DNA from: an uncultured Prevotella sp.
Lineage (GTDB): Bacteria > Bacteroidota > Bacteroidia > Bacteroidales > Bacteroidaceae
Length of the DNA: 64,000 bases
Direction of reading: 5' to 3'
Assembly: GCA_900546345.1 (NCBI GenBank)
Contig: URCI01000007.1
Location: 26,311 to 90,310, forward strand
Below, piece by piece: positions 10,389-21,150 of the stretch. Under the pieces are notes generated by a model that made no database searches, was not told the DNA's origin, and was given only the letters and a program-made list of their open reading frames with translations. The position numbers and the translations under genes were made by a program. Position 1 is the stretch's first letter. Every line of letters begins with the position of its first letter.

Positions 10389-13300
10389 ATGCTATTGCTC
10401 TTCCCTTTAACCATTGCAGCCGAGCGGATTTCCAACCGTCTGCGGATGACCCATATTACATTGGAACAGGGACTGCCGGGAAATACCATCCGTGACATCG
10501 TGCAAGATGATGATGGATTCCTATGGATGGCCGGCACCAACGGACTCGCCCGCTATGACGGTTATCGTTTCGTACCCTTCAACAACTATGGACGGTTGGG
10601 ACTGCATTCCTTTCCGCAGCATGTCGGCAGGCTCTATCTCGACCGGCAACGTCATTTGTTGTGGTTGAGCACCTCTACCTACACCCATGCCTGCTACGAT
10701 TTGCGGCAGGGTCGCTTTGTCGACTTCACTGGGCGTAACGACACCGAGCGCCCCTATCGTAAGGCCATCGCCGTGAGCGATGGTATCTGGCTCAGCAGCA
10801 ACACGCTGGGTCTGCGCCATGTCATCCAGCAGGATGGTCGCTTTCGTGTGGTAGACTACACACGAGAGAATGGCCGATTGAAAAGCAGCAGTGTGAACGC
10901 TATTGTGGAGGACCGTCTGCACCATGTGTGGGCTGCCACCACGATGGGGCTTGCCCGTATAGACACACAGGGGCGCGCCACCATCCTGATGCCCCAGATC
11001 AATTTCCTTGGTTGCTATGTCCACGGTGACCGTGTGTTTGCTTTCTGCAAGGGCAATCAGACGGGCTATGTCTTCAACCTCAACGGTCAGTTGCTCTCTC
11101 GTGTCCACCTGTCACAAGCCATGGGCCATATTGGGGCCATTAAAGGATGTGTGGGTTGGCAGGGTCGCTGGCTGGTATGTGCCGGCGAAGCATCGTTCAT
11201 CTTGGCGCCGTCCCATCAGAAAGGTTCCAAGGACTATGTTTGGTCCAAGCCTGCTGATCTGCAAATTCCCAAAGGTGCCATACAATGCACGGTTGATGGG
11301 TTGCAGTTTGTCGCCAATCAGAGTGGCAAACTATGGATCTTCCCGCAAAAGGGAGCCGTGCGGATGCTCGATCTGATCCCGGGACTCAAAGCAACCAAAG
11401 AGCGCAACACCATCTTCACTGTGGCACGTGGCCATGACGGGAAATACTATATCGGTTCGTATGGTGGTGGTCTCTTTGTCTATGATTATGCCACCGGCCA
11501 CTTGGATCATTATTCGGCCACTGACCCACAAGCCATCATTCCGTCGAACTATATCCTTGATGTCACCACCGACCGCACAGGCTCGTTGTGGGTGAGCATG
11601 GAAAATGCAGGTGTGGTACGGCTCACGCCTCTTCTCAGCAGTTCTGTTTACTATCTTATCGATCCCGGACGTCAGGGCGATTGGACCAATTTCGTACGTT
11701 ATCTCTATCGCGATGCCAGTGGTCAGTTGTGTGTGATGGCCAAGGACAATCGCCTCTATACTTTCTCTCCCGCCACTGGCGACTTCCATTATCAGGGCAG
11801 CATGTCTGCGCCCATTCTCGCTTATCTAACAGACCGTGGGCGACATACGTGGATGGCTACCCGTGGAGACGGTGTCTGGCGTGACAATAAACGCATGGCG
11901 CTCTATGTGCAGGGCAAGCGGGTGGAGATCAACGATTTCTGTTCCCTTGCGGAAGATCGGTATGGACGTATCTGGATCGGTAGTTGGGGACAAGGCCTTT
12001 TCCTTGTCAAAAAGATTGGGAGCGGACGTCTCGATGTGGCCAACATCATTACCAATAAATATAATGAGTGCCGCATACACGACATCGCCATCACATCCTC
12101 AGGGCTGATGGTGGTGGCCACCCTTAATGGACTCTATGCCGCCAACATCAATCATCGCGACGTGCGTCCCAATGATTTTTATTGCTATAGTGTGTTGAAC
12201 GACCGTTTCCCCACTGACGAGGTCAACTGTTTGTGTGCGACCATGCCGACGACCGTATGGGTCGGTACTATGGGCGGACTCATCCGCTGTGATTTCTCTC
12301 GCGGACCCGGGAAGATGTCGTGGCAGGTCTTATCGGAGCGCAACGGACTGTCAAGTGACAACATCCAGTCGCTCATCAGTGACCGATATGGTTTCTTATG
12401 GGTTGCCACCGATGGCGGTCTTTCCCGGGTGGATCCGAGCAACAACTATGTCCGGCGCTATTCCCCCTCCAACGATGTGCTGTCCAATGCCTTCACAGGC
12501 AATTGTGCCTTACGGATTTCCGATCGGTGTGTTGCCTTTGGAACGTCCAACGGTCTGGTGACCATTGATCCGGAATATGAGTATCACCGCAACCGATGGA
12601 ACCCCCTGCGTGTACTCATCACCGATTTGCTTGTCAATGGCATTTCCATTTATGAGGGACTCGACTCCACGTTGCTGACTCGGGGATTGCAGGCAACAGA
12701 CAAGATCACACTCCGGCATAGCCAGAACTCACTGACCTTCTCCTTCTCTACTTTCGCCTTCAATGTCATTCAAGCACAGCTATACCAATATTATCTTGAG
12801 GGCGTGGACCGTCAGTGGCGACCGGCGACCGCCACGTCACAGGCTGAATACTCCAATCTGGCTCCCGGCACCTATGTCTTCCACGTGCGTGCTGTCACGC
12901 AGGACATGGTGGGACCCGAACGTACACTGCTCGTCCGGATCAGTCAGCCTTGGTACAACACGTGGCTAGCGTGGCTCTTCTACCTTGGCATTATCGTGTT
13001 GCTGGGTCTTTATCTCTATCGCAATGCGCGTGAGAAGGTGAGGTTGCATCAGCAGATGAAAATGGAGAAACAGCTCTCTGAGATGCGTACCTCATTTCTC
13101 ACCCATGTCACGCATGAGTTCCGTACGCCCATCGCCGTGCTTTCCTATGCGGTTGAAAATATCGCCAAGCCGGAGAAACCGTCGCACAAAGACATTCAGA
13201 CAGCGCGACGGGGCATACACCGTCTGCTCAGACTCGTGAATCAGTTTCTGGAGTTCCGCCGCCTCAATACCGGCAACATACGGATACAGGTGCAGCATGA

Positions 13301-14678
13301 TGACATCATCGCCTTCCTGCGCGACATCTATCAAGATCTCTGGGGCATGGCATCGCAGAAACTACAGAACTATAACTTTGTGACCTTTGCCAAGTCTTTT
13401 GAGGTTGCCTTCGATCCGCAGGCGTTGGAAACCATCGTGTATAACCTGTTGTCCAACGCCGTGAAGTACACACCGGAGCGTGGAGAGGTGACGATCACTG
13501 TCAAGCACGACGAGAAAGTCCGTCAACTTGTCATCGCTGTGGAGGACAATGGACCGGGACTGACCACTGAACAGCAGCGGCTGGTGTTCCATCCTTATAT
13601 GAATGGTTACGTGTCGCACAATGGTATGGGCATCGGACTCTACACGGCTTACAACATGGCTAAGGTGCATCATGGTGCGCTTGTATATCAACAAGGAGAC
13701 AGTGGACGGGGCTCCCGCTTTGTACTCACGATTCCTGACAGCGATACGGCCTACACCCCAGAGGAGTTCCAGCCTCATCCGTCGCCAATCGATCATGAGG
13801 AAAACTACGAGGAAAGCATGGAGATGATCCGCAGTATGGCTCCCAATGCCCTTAACTCACAGCTGGTGGCCATCGTTGAAGACTCGCCCGACATGCAGGA
13901 GCAGATCTGCAAGGAGATCGGCACTTATTTCCACACGGTGCCCTACAGCAGTGGGGAGGAGGCTGTGGCTGACCTGGCCACTCGCAAACCAGACCTGCTC
14001 TTGTGCGATTTGATGTTGCCTGGTATCGATGGTTACGAGACAGTGAAACGCATCAAGGCGCTGCCAGGCCTAAACGAGCTCCCTGTTATCATGCTGACGG
14101 CACTCGACGATGAGCAACACCACATCAAGGGCTATCAGGTAGGGGCCGACGACTATATGGTGAAGCCTTGCAACTATCGTTTACTGGTTGCCCGCATCAT
14201 GCAGTTCATTAAATGGAGGCAGCAGCGGCAGCGGGTTGTCAAGGAGGCTGCCGTGACGGGAAATTCGTCCGCAGAAGCCGCCAGTAGTCCGAGTGAGGAG
14301 AATAGCGTCCATCCGTCCGATATCCTGCTGTCCAGCCCTGCCGACAAGCGCTTTTGCGAACAGGTGGAGATGCTTGTCGGTCAGCATATTGGTGATCCGG
14401 CTTTCTCGATCGATCAGCTGGCCACGATGCTTGCCATGGGACGCACCAAATTCTATGGAAAGATGAAGGAGCTCTATGGCACTTCTCCCAACAAATATCT
14501 GATGAATCGTCGCATGGCCAAGGCGGCCGAACTTCTTCTGGAAGGGCGCTATACGGTGTCAGAGGTAAGCTATCGTGTGGGCATCCGTGACTCCTCCTAT
14601 TTCAATAAGTGTTTCAAGGCTGCCTATGGCGTGGCCCCCAGCAAGTACCGGGGGACACCTCCCTTGGATGAGGCGTGA
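10389..14678 (+). CDS. hybrid two-component system sensor/regulator (beta-propeller, Y_Y_Y, HisKA, HATPase, REC, AraC)
   Basis: THEFRTP, NLLSNAVKYT, GIGL, DLMLPGIDG, KP, AraC HTH YFNKCFK. Start uncertain (10344 TTG or 10389 ATG). Confidence 0.95.
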   Translation: MLLLFPLTIAAERISNRLRMTHITLEQGLPGNTIRDIVQDDDGFLWMAGTNGLARYDGYRFVPFNNYGRLGLHSFPQHVGRLYLDRQRHLLWLSTSTYTHACYDLRQGRFVDFTGRNDTERPYRKAIAVSDGIWLSSNTLGLRHVIQQDGRFRVVDYTRENGRLKSSSVNAIVEDRLHHVWAATTMGLARIDTQGRATILMPQINFLGCYVHGDRVFAFCKGNQTGYVFNLNGQLLSRVHLSQAMGHIGAIKGCVGWQGRWLVCAGEASFILAPSHQKGSKDYVWSKPADLQIPKGAIQCTVDGLQFVANQSGKLWIFPQKGAVRMLDLIPGLKATKERNTIFTVARGHDGKYYIGSYGGGLFVYDYATGHLDHYSATDPQAIIPSNYILDVTTDRTGSLWVSMENAGVVRLTPLLSSSVYYLIDPGRQGDWTNFVRYLYRDASGQLCVMAKDNRLYTFSPATGDFHYQGSMSAPILAYLTDRGRHTWMATRGDGVWRDNKRMALYVQGKRVEINDFCSLAEDRYGRIWIGSWGQGLFLVKKIGSGRLDVANIITNKYNECRIHDIAITSSGLMVVATLNGLYAANINHRDVRPNDFYCYSVLNDRFPTDEVNCLCATMPTTVWVGTMGGLIRCDFSRGPGKMSWQVLSERNGLSSDNIQSLISDRYGFLWVATDGGLSRVDPSNNYVRRYSPSNDVLSNAFTGNCALRISDRCVAFGTSNGLVTIDPEYEYHRNRWNPLRVLITDLLVNGISIYEGLDSTLLTRGLQATDKITLRHSQNSLTFSFSTFAFNVIQAQLYQYYLEGVDRQWRPATATSQAEYSNLAPGTYVFHVRAVTQDMVGPERTLLVRISQPWYNTWLAWLFYLGIIVLLGLYLYRNAREKVRLHQQMKMEKQLSEMRTSFLTHVTHEFRTPIAVLSYAVENIAKPEKPSHKDIQTARRGIHRLLRLVNQFLEFRRLNTGNIRIQVQHDDIIAFLRDIYQDLWGMASQKLQNYNFVTFAKSFEVAFDPQALETIVYNLLSNAVKYTPERGEVTITVKHDEKVRQLVIAVEDNGPGLTTEQQRLVFHPYMNGYVSHNGMGIGLYTAYNMAKVHHGALVYQQGDSGRGSRFVLTIPDSDTAYTPEEFQPHPSPIDHEENYEESMEMIRSMAPNALNSQLVAIVEDSPDMQEQICKEIGTYFHTVPYSSGEEAVADLATRKPDLLLCDLMLPGIDGYETVKRIKALPGLNELPVIMLTALDDEQHHIKGYQVGADDYMVKPCNYRLLVARIMQFIKWRQQRQRVVKEAAVTGNSSAEAASSPSEENSVHPSDILLSSPADKRFCEQVEMLVGQHIGDPAFSIDQLATMLAMGRTKFYGKMKELYGTSPNKYLMNRRMAKAAELLLEGRYTVSEVSYRVGIRDSSYFNKCFKAAYGVAPSKYRGTPPLDEA

Positions 14679-14747
14679 AAAGAAACATCGGAAGAGTTAG
14701 CTTGAATAGTTGACTCTTCTTCCTGTGACACTGAGATCAAACGATTG

Positions 14748-14800
14748 AAAACCGAATGTCGAGAAGAACCCGCTTCTTGATATTCGGTTTTTCTTTTTCT
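14748..14800 (+). terminator. intrinsic terminator after the HTCS gene
   Basis: AAACCGAATGTCGAGAAG pairs with CTTCTTGATATTCGGTTT (two G-U pairs), then a T-rich tail. Confidence 0.7.
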
Positions 14801-14890
14801 GATGTGCTGTTTCCTATCGCGGATGTGCTCCTTTCCTGTCTTTCTTGCCTTTGAAAGATAGGTGTGCACGATTTTTTATATCTCTGTACA

Positions 14891-15100
14891 ATTATCACCG
14901 ACATGGACGGTAACTTCCAAATCAATGTCAAGGCCGGAACGAAAGTCAAAATTAGTTATGTGGGCTTTGAGCCGCAGACGGTCACCGTCAAGAACGGCGT
15001 GCGCATCACTCTTGTCGAGGACAGCAAGACTACGCTGAAAGGCGTGGAGGTCGTGGCCTATGGTGTACAGAAGAAGGTGTCGGTCACGGGAGGAATATAA
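14891..15100 (+). pseudogene. fragment of a SusC/RagA TonB-dependent transporter (N-terminal extension domain only)
   Basis: ITDMDGNF...ISYVGFEPQTV...LKGVEVVAYGVQKKVSVTG is typical SusC N-terminal sequence; no signal peptide, plug or barrel. Confidence 0.85.
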
Positions 15101-15272
15101 CGAGGGCGGATTGTGACCTGCATTCACTCAACAGAGAACTTTGTCGTTACAGTGAAGAGCGCGGAAACAACGTGTAAAACTTCTGACAAAAGCAGGTCAC
15201 CGCGTACTGCTCTTCCAGCGAAACAATCAGCATGAAATAGCCACATGAATGAAAGAAAAGCGGCATCTTTGT

Positions 15273-15390
15273 GGGATGACAAAGAGAAACCATTGAGATG
15301 ACGCGGAGAAATCATTGAGATGACCCGATCATCTCAGTGTTTTGACCAGGTAAGAGCGGTGAGATGACAAGCATAAATCACTGTGATGAC
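15273..15390. repeat. six-unit array, 22-bp period, core GAGATGAC
   Basis: Cores start at 15273, 15295, 15317, 15339 (degenerate), 15361 and 15383. Confidence 0.8.
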
Positions 15391-15392
15391 CA

Positions 15393-15458
15393 ACAAAAAA
15401 CGGTGCGCTGAAAGGATTTTCCATTGGAAATCCATGGTCAGCGCACCGTTTTTTTTGT
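15393..15458. terminator. long hairpin, probable bidirectional terminator
   Basis: AAAAAACGGTGCGCTGA...TCAGCGCACCGTTTTTT with an inner GGATTTTCC/GGAAATCC stem; lies between convergent units. Confidence 0.65.
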
Positions 15459-15686
15459 ACTGAAAATCGTCTATGATTTATATCGCTCTGATTATGAGTC
15501 GGTTACGGAAACGTGTCCAAAATGGGCGTTCTTCGTAGCAAGACAGCGGTTGCTTTGAAAAAATGCAGCCACAGAGACGGCAAATTGTCAAAAAAGACAA
15601 CGAACCAAAGGTCGTTACGGCCCTCTTAGCGAGGACGTGAGAAATGACCTGTAGCGTGAAAGGGGGCAGAAGGGCTGGCGAGAGCC

Positions 15687-18600
15687 TTAGTTCACCAACT
15701 GCTTCTTGACCTTTGCGTTTCCTTTCTTCGTCACGCCTTTGACGAGGTAGACGCCGGCGGGGAGCTGGACATACTGCACGCCCGCAGCGGGACGGAGGAC
15801 CTGCCACAGACGACCGTCGAGCGTGTAGACGGACAGCGATGTCAGCGCGTCGGAACCCGTGTAGGCGATGGCTAACTGCCCCGACGACGGATTCCATACC
15901 TTCAGCTCACCGTCGTTAGCAGCAAGCACGTCGGCGATACCCGTCAGCGAACCGCTGTCATAGAAATAGGTCACGAACATCGGCTTGGCATTCGCCGCCT
16001 CAGCGGTGCTGGTGCGCAAAGCTGCGTCGACCTGTTGGCCCTGGTTGAAGACGAGAGCGTTGGGCGCCGACATCTTCACGAAGAAGGACTCCTGGGGCCG
16101 CACGACGTTATACTCCGTGCTCACCTGGTTGGCATTCTCCGAGGGCAGCTGTATGAGCGTGTCGCCACGGAGCACCCAGAGATGGGCCTCCTCCACAGCA
16201 CTGCTGTTGTCGGCGAGGAACGTCGCCACACTGATGGACGAGGTGTAGGGATTGGCGATGAGATAGTAGTGGTTGTCACTTGGCTGTACGGCATCCGGTG
16301 TCACCGTGATGGCACCTTCCGCCGTCTCACTTTTGTCGGTGTTGACGCGCAGCTTGCCGTTGTCGGTGCGTGTCAGCGTCGTCGTCGTCAACGATGTCGT
16401 ACCATCGCTGTTCACCTTCTGATAGCTGTAGGACGTGTCCTCCTTGGGCAGGCGGACGAGCGTCTTCGTCGTGCGGAGGCTGCCCGTAGGCATGTAGGCG
16501 TCGCCGACACGCAGCGAGAAAGCGTAGTTGGCATTCTCGTCACTGCTGCCATAGACCACGTCGGCGGTGTTGTAGACATGGCTCCAGCCGTTGGCCTTCG
16601 AGGTGATGGTACCGTCGGTGGGCACCATGGCCGTGGGGTTGTCCCAAGCCGAGAAGCCCGTGCCGCCGTCCTGCTCCTTCACGGTGTTGTCGCCCCACGC
16701 ACGCTGGTAGAAGGGATAGGTGACGCGGTTGTTGTCGCTGTTGCTCCATGTGATAGCCGTGAAGGCCTGCGTCTCCTGACGGCCCGTGGCAGCAGGGACA
16801 TAGTAGTCACCGGCGTAGGTGTCCTTCAGCGGCGAGGCCACGGAATACCATTTGCCCACGGGGAGCTCGAGCTCCGTCCACGCCTTGTTGTAGACAAGGA
16901 ACTGCTGACTGCGCAACTCAGCCCCCGGCTTGAAATAGATCTCATCACAGATATTACCACGGTAGTTCTGGCAGTAGAAGCTGCCGTCCTTGGTAGGATA
17001 AGCCTCAAGCTCATGCGACATGTCTGTCTCGTCGCCATCCACGGAATAAGGCACGTCGTTCTTGACATTGGTCAGACGGATAGCCTGCCCTACCGTATTG
17101 TATTCCACGTAGCCTAACGCCGGATAGAGTCCAGCTGTCAATGAGGGCACTGTCACCTTGGTGAAATACATTGGTGCGTAGCTGCCGTCACGACGAGTCA
17201 CAGTGTTGTCCGTTGCGGCATCTGTATAGGTGGCTGTTGTGCCATAATCCTTATAGGAAGCATCATAAAGCTCTGCCGCTGTCGAGCGGCGCCAGTTGTT
17301 ATCGTTGTTCCAATTGGAATTGGTGCCATTCTCTGCCGTTGGATTCCACGTAACATATTCAGGTACGATCTTCAAGCGGAAGAAGGTCTCACCCGGGCAG
17401 TTAACAACAGTTGCATCGGTAGAGTTGGTCACCACGTACTGTAACTGCAGTTCGTACCAATAACCTTCATGAATCTTGTCGATGATACCATCAGCGAGAC
17501 GTATGTTGACCGTTGAGTCAGTGGCATCAAGATTATACATTGAGTTCGGTTGGTCAGCAGCTGCAAAGACCAGTGAGCCGCTTTGCGCCTGCAAGGCAGG
17601 GTCGTTGGTGTTGCTCATGATGATATTAACATCTCCTTTTGATATATTGGTGCCATCCACAAACATCAGGTTACTCGTGGTGCTGGTCTGTCCGTCAACC
17701 ATACGCGACGTGATGGGAATGCGCAGAGATGCGTTCGCATCCTGCTGGATGGTCCTGAGCTGCGGCAGGCCCACACGGATATTTCTTATTGAGCTTGAGC
17801 TGGGATAAGGCACTCCGCTGCGACCAAGGTTAAGCTGTACGCCCTGCTTGCTGACCCTCACTTTAAACTGCAAGACAGCACCTTCGCAAAGGTGATAGGT
17901 GTAGCCATTAATAGTCAGTTTACTGACAGTTGGTAAGGCACTAACCGTGTAAGTGCCAACAGCAAGAGGATAGCCCGTAAGCGTTGTACTGGTAAGCAGC
18001 AACAACTTACCGTTGGGGTTGGATGTAGCATTGTAGACATTCTGCTGCAATACCGTCTTGTCGGCATCCGTATAAACGTCACCTGTCGTCTGGTTATAGT
18101 CGGTAGCCGTAGGATAGACCTGTCTGAAGTGGTCAATGGCCTCAAAGAGTCCCGACACGCCATTCAGTTCGTCCTTGGTACCAATGTACCAGTCGAAAGG
18201 CACCTGACTAAGCGTCACCGAGCCGCCATCCTCCGGGTTGGTAGTGCGCACACGTCCCTGAATAGAATAATCCGTCACCTCGTTGGCCGTACAACTTACT
18301 GCAACGTTGGTCGTCATTGAACCGGTGACGTCATTGAGCACGAAGTTCTCCTGCGTCATCTGGAAGTTGTTGCTATATGCCGTACAGCTCTGAGCAGCCG
18401 TACCCCATGAGCCGGGCTGCGACGCATCGGCTTCCGACGGAAGGGCTATCTGAACATAATATTGCTTATCCGAATGCAGAGGGAAATGCTTTGAAGCAAG
18501 TACCAGACTCACCGTACCGTCATTCTCAGTCTCAAACTGAGGAGTTGTCCCGTCGCTCAATGTGGCTGTGGCATCATAAGACGCAGGGACACTGGCCTGC

Positions 18601-20939
18601 CCATAGTTGTCAAGCCCACTGCCGTAAAAGTCAGTGTCTGTCACCGGCTGGTCATCGGTGACATTATAGAAGCGGTAGAACAGACTGGTGTTGCTGCCTG
18701 CATAGTCCTTCAGCGATTCGAAGTTACCTTTCAGCTTCAGCGTGATGGTCTGGTCGACGTTGCTGTCAGACGTCTCATCGGGGCAGAGCGGCTTATTTTG
18801 CACCACGTTGATCTTGGACGAACGCTGGTAGACGCGGATGTCGTCAATGGCATAGTCAGCACCATTCGTTCCTTTACAATAGTTATCTATTGTGATGCGG
18901 AAATTACTATATTGCTCCACATTAGAATTCGCTGGCAACACGGCACGGCCATACACCTGGTACCAAGTACCCTGAGAATTGGCATGCGAATAGCCCTCGA
19001 TGTTCCCTTCAAAGTTTCCTGAGGCAATATTAAGCAGGCGATGTGCCTTGCCGTCCTTAAGGCCGTAAAGCACAAACACAATCTGTGGTTGCTCAGGATT
19101 TGTTGTACTCGTGTAGCTGGCCACCCACGCAGAGACCACTATCTGTGAACCAGAGCAGAGGCTGGCCTGGAAATCCTCCTGGTCTATCTGTCGGCTCTCA
19201 TCTGAGGCATCGACATAGAGGAAGCTGCCGTATTTAGTGGGGTCATCGTGGTGGGTACGGTCGAAAAGCGTAGCATCAGGGGAGGTGAACCACACATATC
19301 CCTTGCCTTGCTGACGAAGTTGATCGCTAAGAGTCTTCACACTCTGAGCCACCGATTTTTTGTTATACTGCACAGCCATTGACACTTGACTATTCGATGT
19401 CAATGTTGAAGCAGTCTTATACTGTGCACTCTTGTAGAAGCCATACTCTCCGTGTAGCGGAGAGTGTTGCGGATTTTTCCAGAAGCCATCAATATCATCT
19501 GCTCCTTTTCCACCCAAGATACCGCCCCAGCTCTTTGAGATGAGGTTCTGGTACACGAATCCGTATGTTACCGAAGAGAAGTCACGGGGTACACTCGTCA
19601 TGTTGAGTTTGTCGTCCGTAGGCTGGTCCAGTGTCTGCGTGGTGAGCTGCTGGTCAAAGCTGATAGGCGCCATGCTCTGGTTATAATTGGCTTCCATATA
19701 AGAGGTCTGCCGGTCAGGAGCATTTACCAATTGTTCATCCGACTTCGGATAGAAAGAGCGGAACTGCACTTTCACATTGCCCACGGGGCACTTGTTGCCA
19801 GAGGCATCGGCCGCGTAATACACCACGTAGGCATTATCGCCAGTCTTCAGGTCAGCGGGCTTGGCTACAACGTTATGGTCAAGGTCGTACCAAGTATTGG
19901 AAGTACTGTTGATGTTGGCGAGACTGATATTGAACATATTGGTCTTGCCCGCCACATTCCCAGCGAGGTCGGTATATTTAGTGCCATCGGCAGTATAGAC
20001 TCTGAAGATGAACTTCGTGGCGTGGACAAGCGTGGTAGAAGTGAAGTCAGACGCTGCAATCTTATACTTCGAGTCCGTCGCATACACATGCTTGGTGTCG
20101 GCGTTCGACATCGGGTAGAAGAAATAATAGGTTGCGTCAGACATATCACTTCTGACGGTAAAGTATGATGAAGTATTCAGCATACCGAACACCGTTATCT
20201 TATGGTCCTCATAGGTCAGGTTCTCGGCATCTTCCTTTATCAGCGCATCACGCAAGGCATTGGCAAGGGTGTAAGCCGACCTGACATGAAAGATATAGCG
20301 GATGGATAGCGTTGGCTCATGCGTAAAGGTGGCATGGTCATAGTTCTCATTATCATTGTAGTCAACATATCGGCTGACATCGCAACCAATGTCAGCGCCT
20401 GCCCAGTCAGCGTTATTGCAGTCTGACGTAAGCTGATAAGCACATCCTACTGTATTTAATCTTGGTCCGGAGCTGGTGTTCAGAAAAGTGTTGTTCACCT
20501 GTGACGTACCGCGAAAACCAAGATTATAACCAATATAACCGGCACTTTCACCCGCACTGTTGTTGACAGAGACAAGCTGGTTCATGTAACTTTGGTAACG
20601 AACCAAATGACCATCATCCCCCTTGTCAGTAAGGTAATTGTACCATCTGATATATCCTTGTGGCTCAAGGTCAGCACCATTGCCAGCCGTATTGCCGTTC
20701 ATGTAATTCTGAAAAGACAACCTTAAAGGTACAAAGGTATTACCACCTGTTGTATATATATTTGGCCCGGCAGTAGAAGTCACATAGATATAATAATGGT
20801 ATTCCGCCACCTGCTGCATGCCATTGCTTGCCAACGGCTTTCCGCTGGCGCCGGCATAGTGGGCGAAGGTCTGGGCCGGAGCCTGTGAGGCGAAGAGCAG
20901 GGCAAGTGCGAGAAAGAGCGAAGAAAGATATTTAGACAT
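15687..20939 (-). CDS. large (1750 aa) secreted surface protein with a T9SS-like C-terminal domain
   Basis: Sec signal peptide; Thr/Ser/Asn/Tyr-rich beta-type sequence; C-terminus TGI...VYTLDGR...LPAGVYLVK...KKQLVN. Confidence 0.85.
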   Translation of the reverse strand: MSKYLSSLFLALALLFASQAPAQTFAHYAGASGKPLASNGMQQVAEYHYYIYVTSTAGPNIYTTGGNTFVPLRLSFQNYMNGNTAGNGADLEPQGYIRWYNYLTDKGDDGHLVRYQSYMNQLVSVNNSAGESAGYIGYNLGFRGTSQVNNTFLNTSSGPRLNTVGCAYQLTSDCNNADWAGADIGCDVSRYVDYNDNENYDHATFTHEPTLSIRYIFHVRSAYTLANALRDALIKEDAENLTYEDHKITVFGMLNTSSYFTVRSDMSDATYYFFYPMSNADTKHVYATDSKYKIAASDFTSTTLVHATKFIFRVYTADGTKYTDLAGNVAGKTNMFNISLANINSTSNTWYDLDHNVVAKPADLKTGDNAYVVYYAADASGNKCPVGNVKVQFRSFYPKSDEQLVNAPDRQTSYMEANYNQSMAPISFDQQLTTQTLDQPTDDKLNMTSVPRDFSSVTYGFVYQNLISKSWGGILGGKGADDIDGFWKNPQHSPLHGEYGFYKSAQYKTASTLTSNSQVSMAVQYNKKSVAQSVKTLSDQLRQQGKGYVWFTSPDATLFDRTHHDDPTKYGSFLYVDASDESRQIDQEDFQASLCSGSQIVVSAWVASYTSTTNPEQPQIVFVLYGLKDGKAHRLLNIASGNFEGNIEGYSHANSQGTWYQVYGRAVLPANSNVEQYSNFRITIDNYCKGTNGADYAIDDIRVYQRSSKINVVQNKPLCPDETSDSNVDQTITLKLKGNFESLKDYAGSNTSLFYRFYNVTDDQPVTDTDFYGSGLDNYGQASVPASYDATATLSDGTTPQFETENDGTVSLVLASKHFPLHSDKQYYVQIALPSEADASQPGSWGTAAQSCTAYSNNFQMTQENFVLNDVTGSMTTNVAVSCTANEVTDYSIQGRVRTTNPEDGGSVTLSQVPFDWYIGTKDELNGVSGLFEAIDHFRQVYPTATDYNQTTGDVYTDADKTVLQQNVYNATSNPNGKLLLLTSTTLTGYPLAVGTYTVSALPTVSKLTINGYTYHLCEGAVLQFKVRVSKQGVQLNLGRSGVPYPSSSSIRNIRVGLPQLRTIQQDANASLRIPITSRMVDGQTSTTSNLMFVDGTNISKGDVNIIMSNTNDPALQAQSGSLVFAAADQPNSMYNLDATDSTVNIRLADGIIDKIHEGYWYELQLQYVVTNSTDATVVNCPGETFFRLKIVPEYVTWNPTAENGTNSNWNNDNNWRRSTAAELYDASYKDYGTTATYTDAATDNTVTRRDGSYAPMYFTKVTVPSLTAGLYPALGYVEYNTVGQAIRLTNVKNDVPYSVDGDETDMSHELEAYPTKDGSFYCQNYRGNICDEIYFKPGAELRSQQFLVYNKAWTELELPVGKWYSVASPLKDTYAGDYYVPAATGRQETQAFTAITWSNSDNNRVTYPFYQRAWGDNTVKEQDGGTGFSAWDNPTAMVPTDGTITSKANGWSHVYNTADVVYGSSDENANYAFSLRVGDAYMPTGSLRTTKTLVRLPKEDTSYSYQKVNSDGTTSLTTTTLTRTDNGKLRVNTDKSETAEGAITVTPDAVQPSDNHYYLIANPYTSSISVATFLADNSSAVEEAHLWVLRGDTLIQLPSENANQVSTEYNVVRPQESFFVKMSAPNALVFNQGQQVDAALRTSTAEAANAKPMFVTYFYDSGSLTGIADVLAANDGELKVWNPSSGQLAIAYTGSDALTSLSVYTLDGRLWQVLRPAAGVQYVQLPAGVYLVKGVTKKGNAKVKKQLVN

Positions 20940-20984
20940 AGTTGTTGCGTATTTACATATTAAGCGAATGCAGTGTGGGGTATT

Positions 20985-21135
20985 GCCGGTGCCACCGTAG
21001 GGGCGGGGTTTATCCCCGCCCTATTGTGTCCAGCATCCCCCATCGGTTTGTTGTTGAATTGTCCCACGGGGGATAGTTGAATTGTCCCTTGGGGTTAGGG
21101 CGGCCACGGGGGACCGCCCCTACAGTGTCACCGGC
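20985..21135. repeat. GTAG-type REP doublet in inverted orientation (REPIN-like)
   Basis: GTAGGGGCGGGGTTTATCCCCGCCC (20997-21021) and inverted GGGCGGCCACGGGGGACCGCCCCTAC (21098-21123); outer flanks also near-complementary. Confidence 0.75.
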
Positions 21136-21150
21136 GTTACCGATGTGGGG

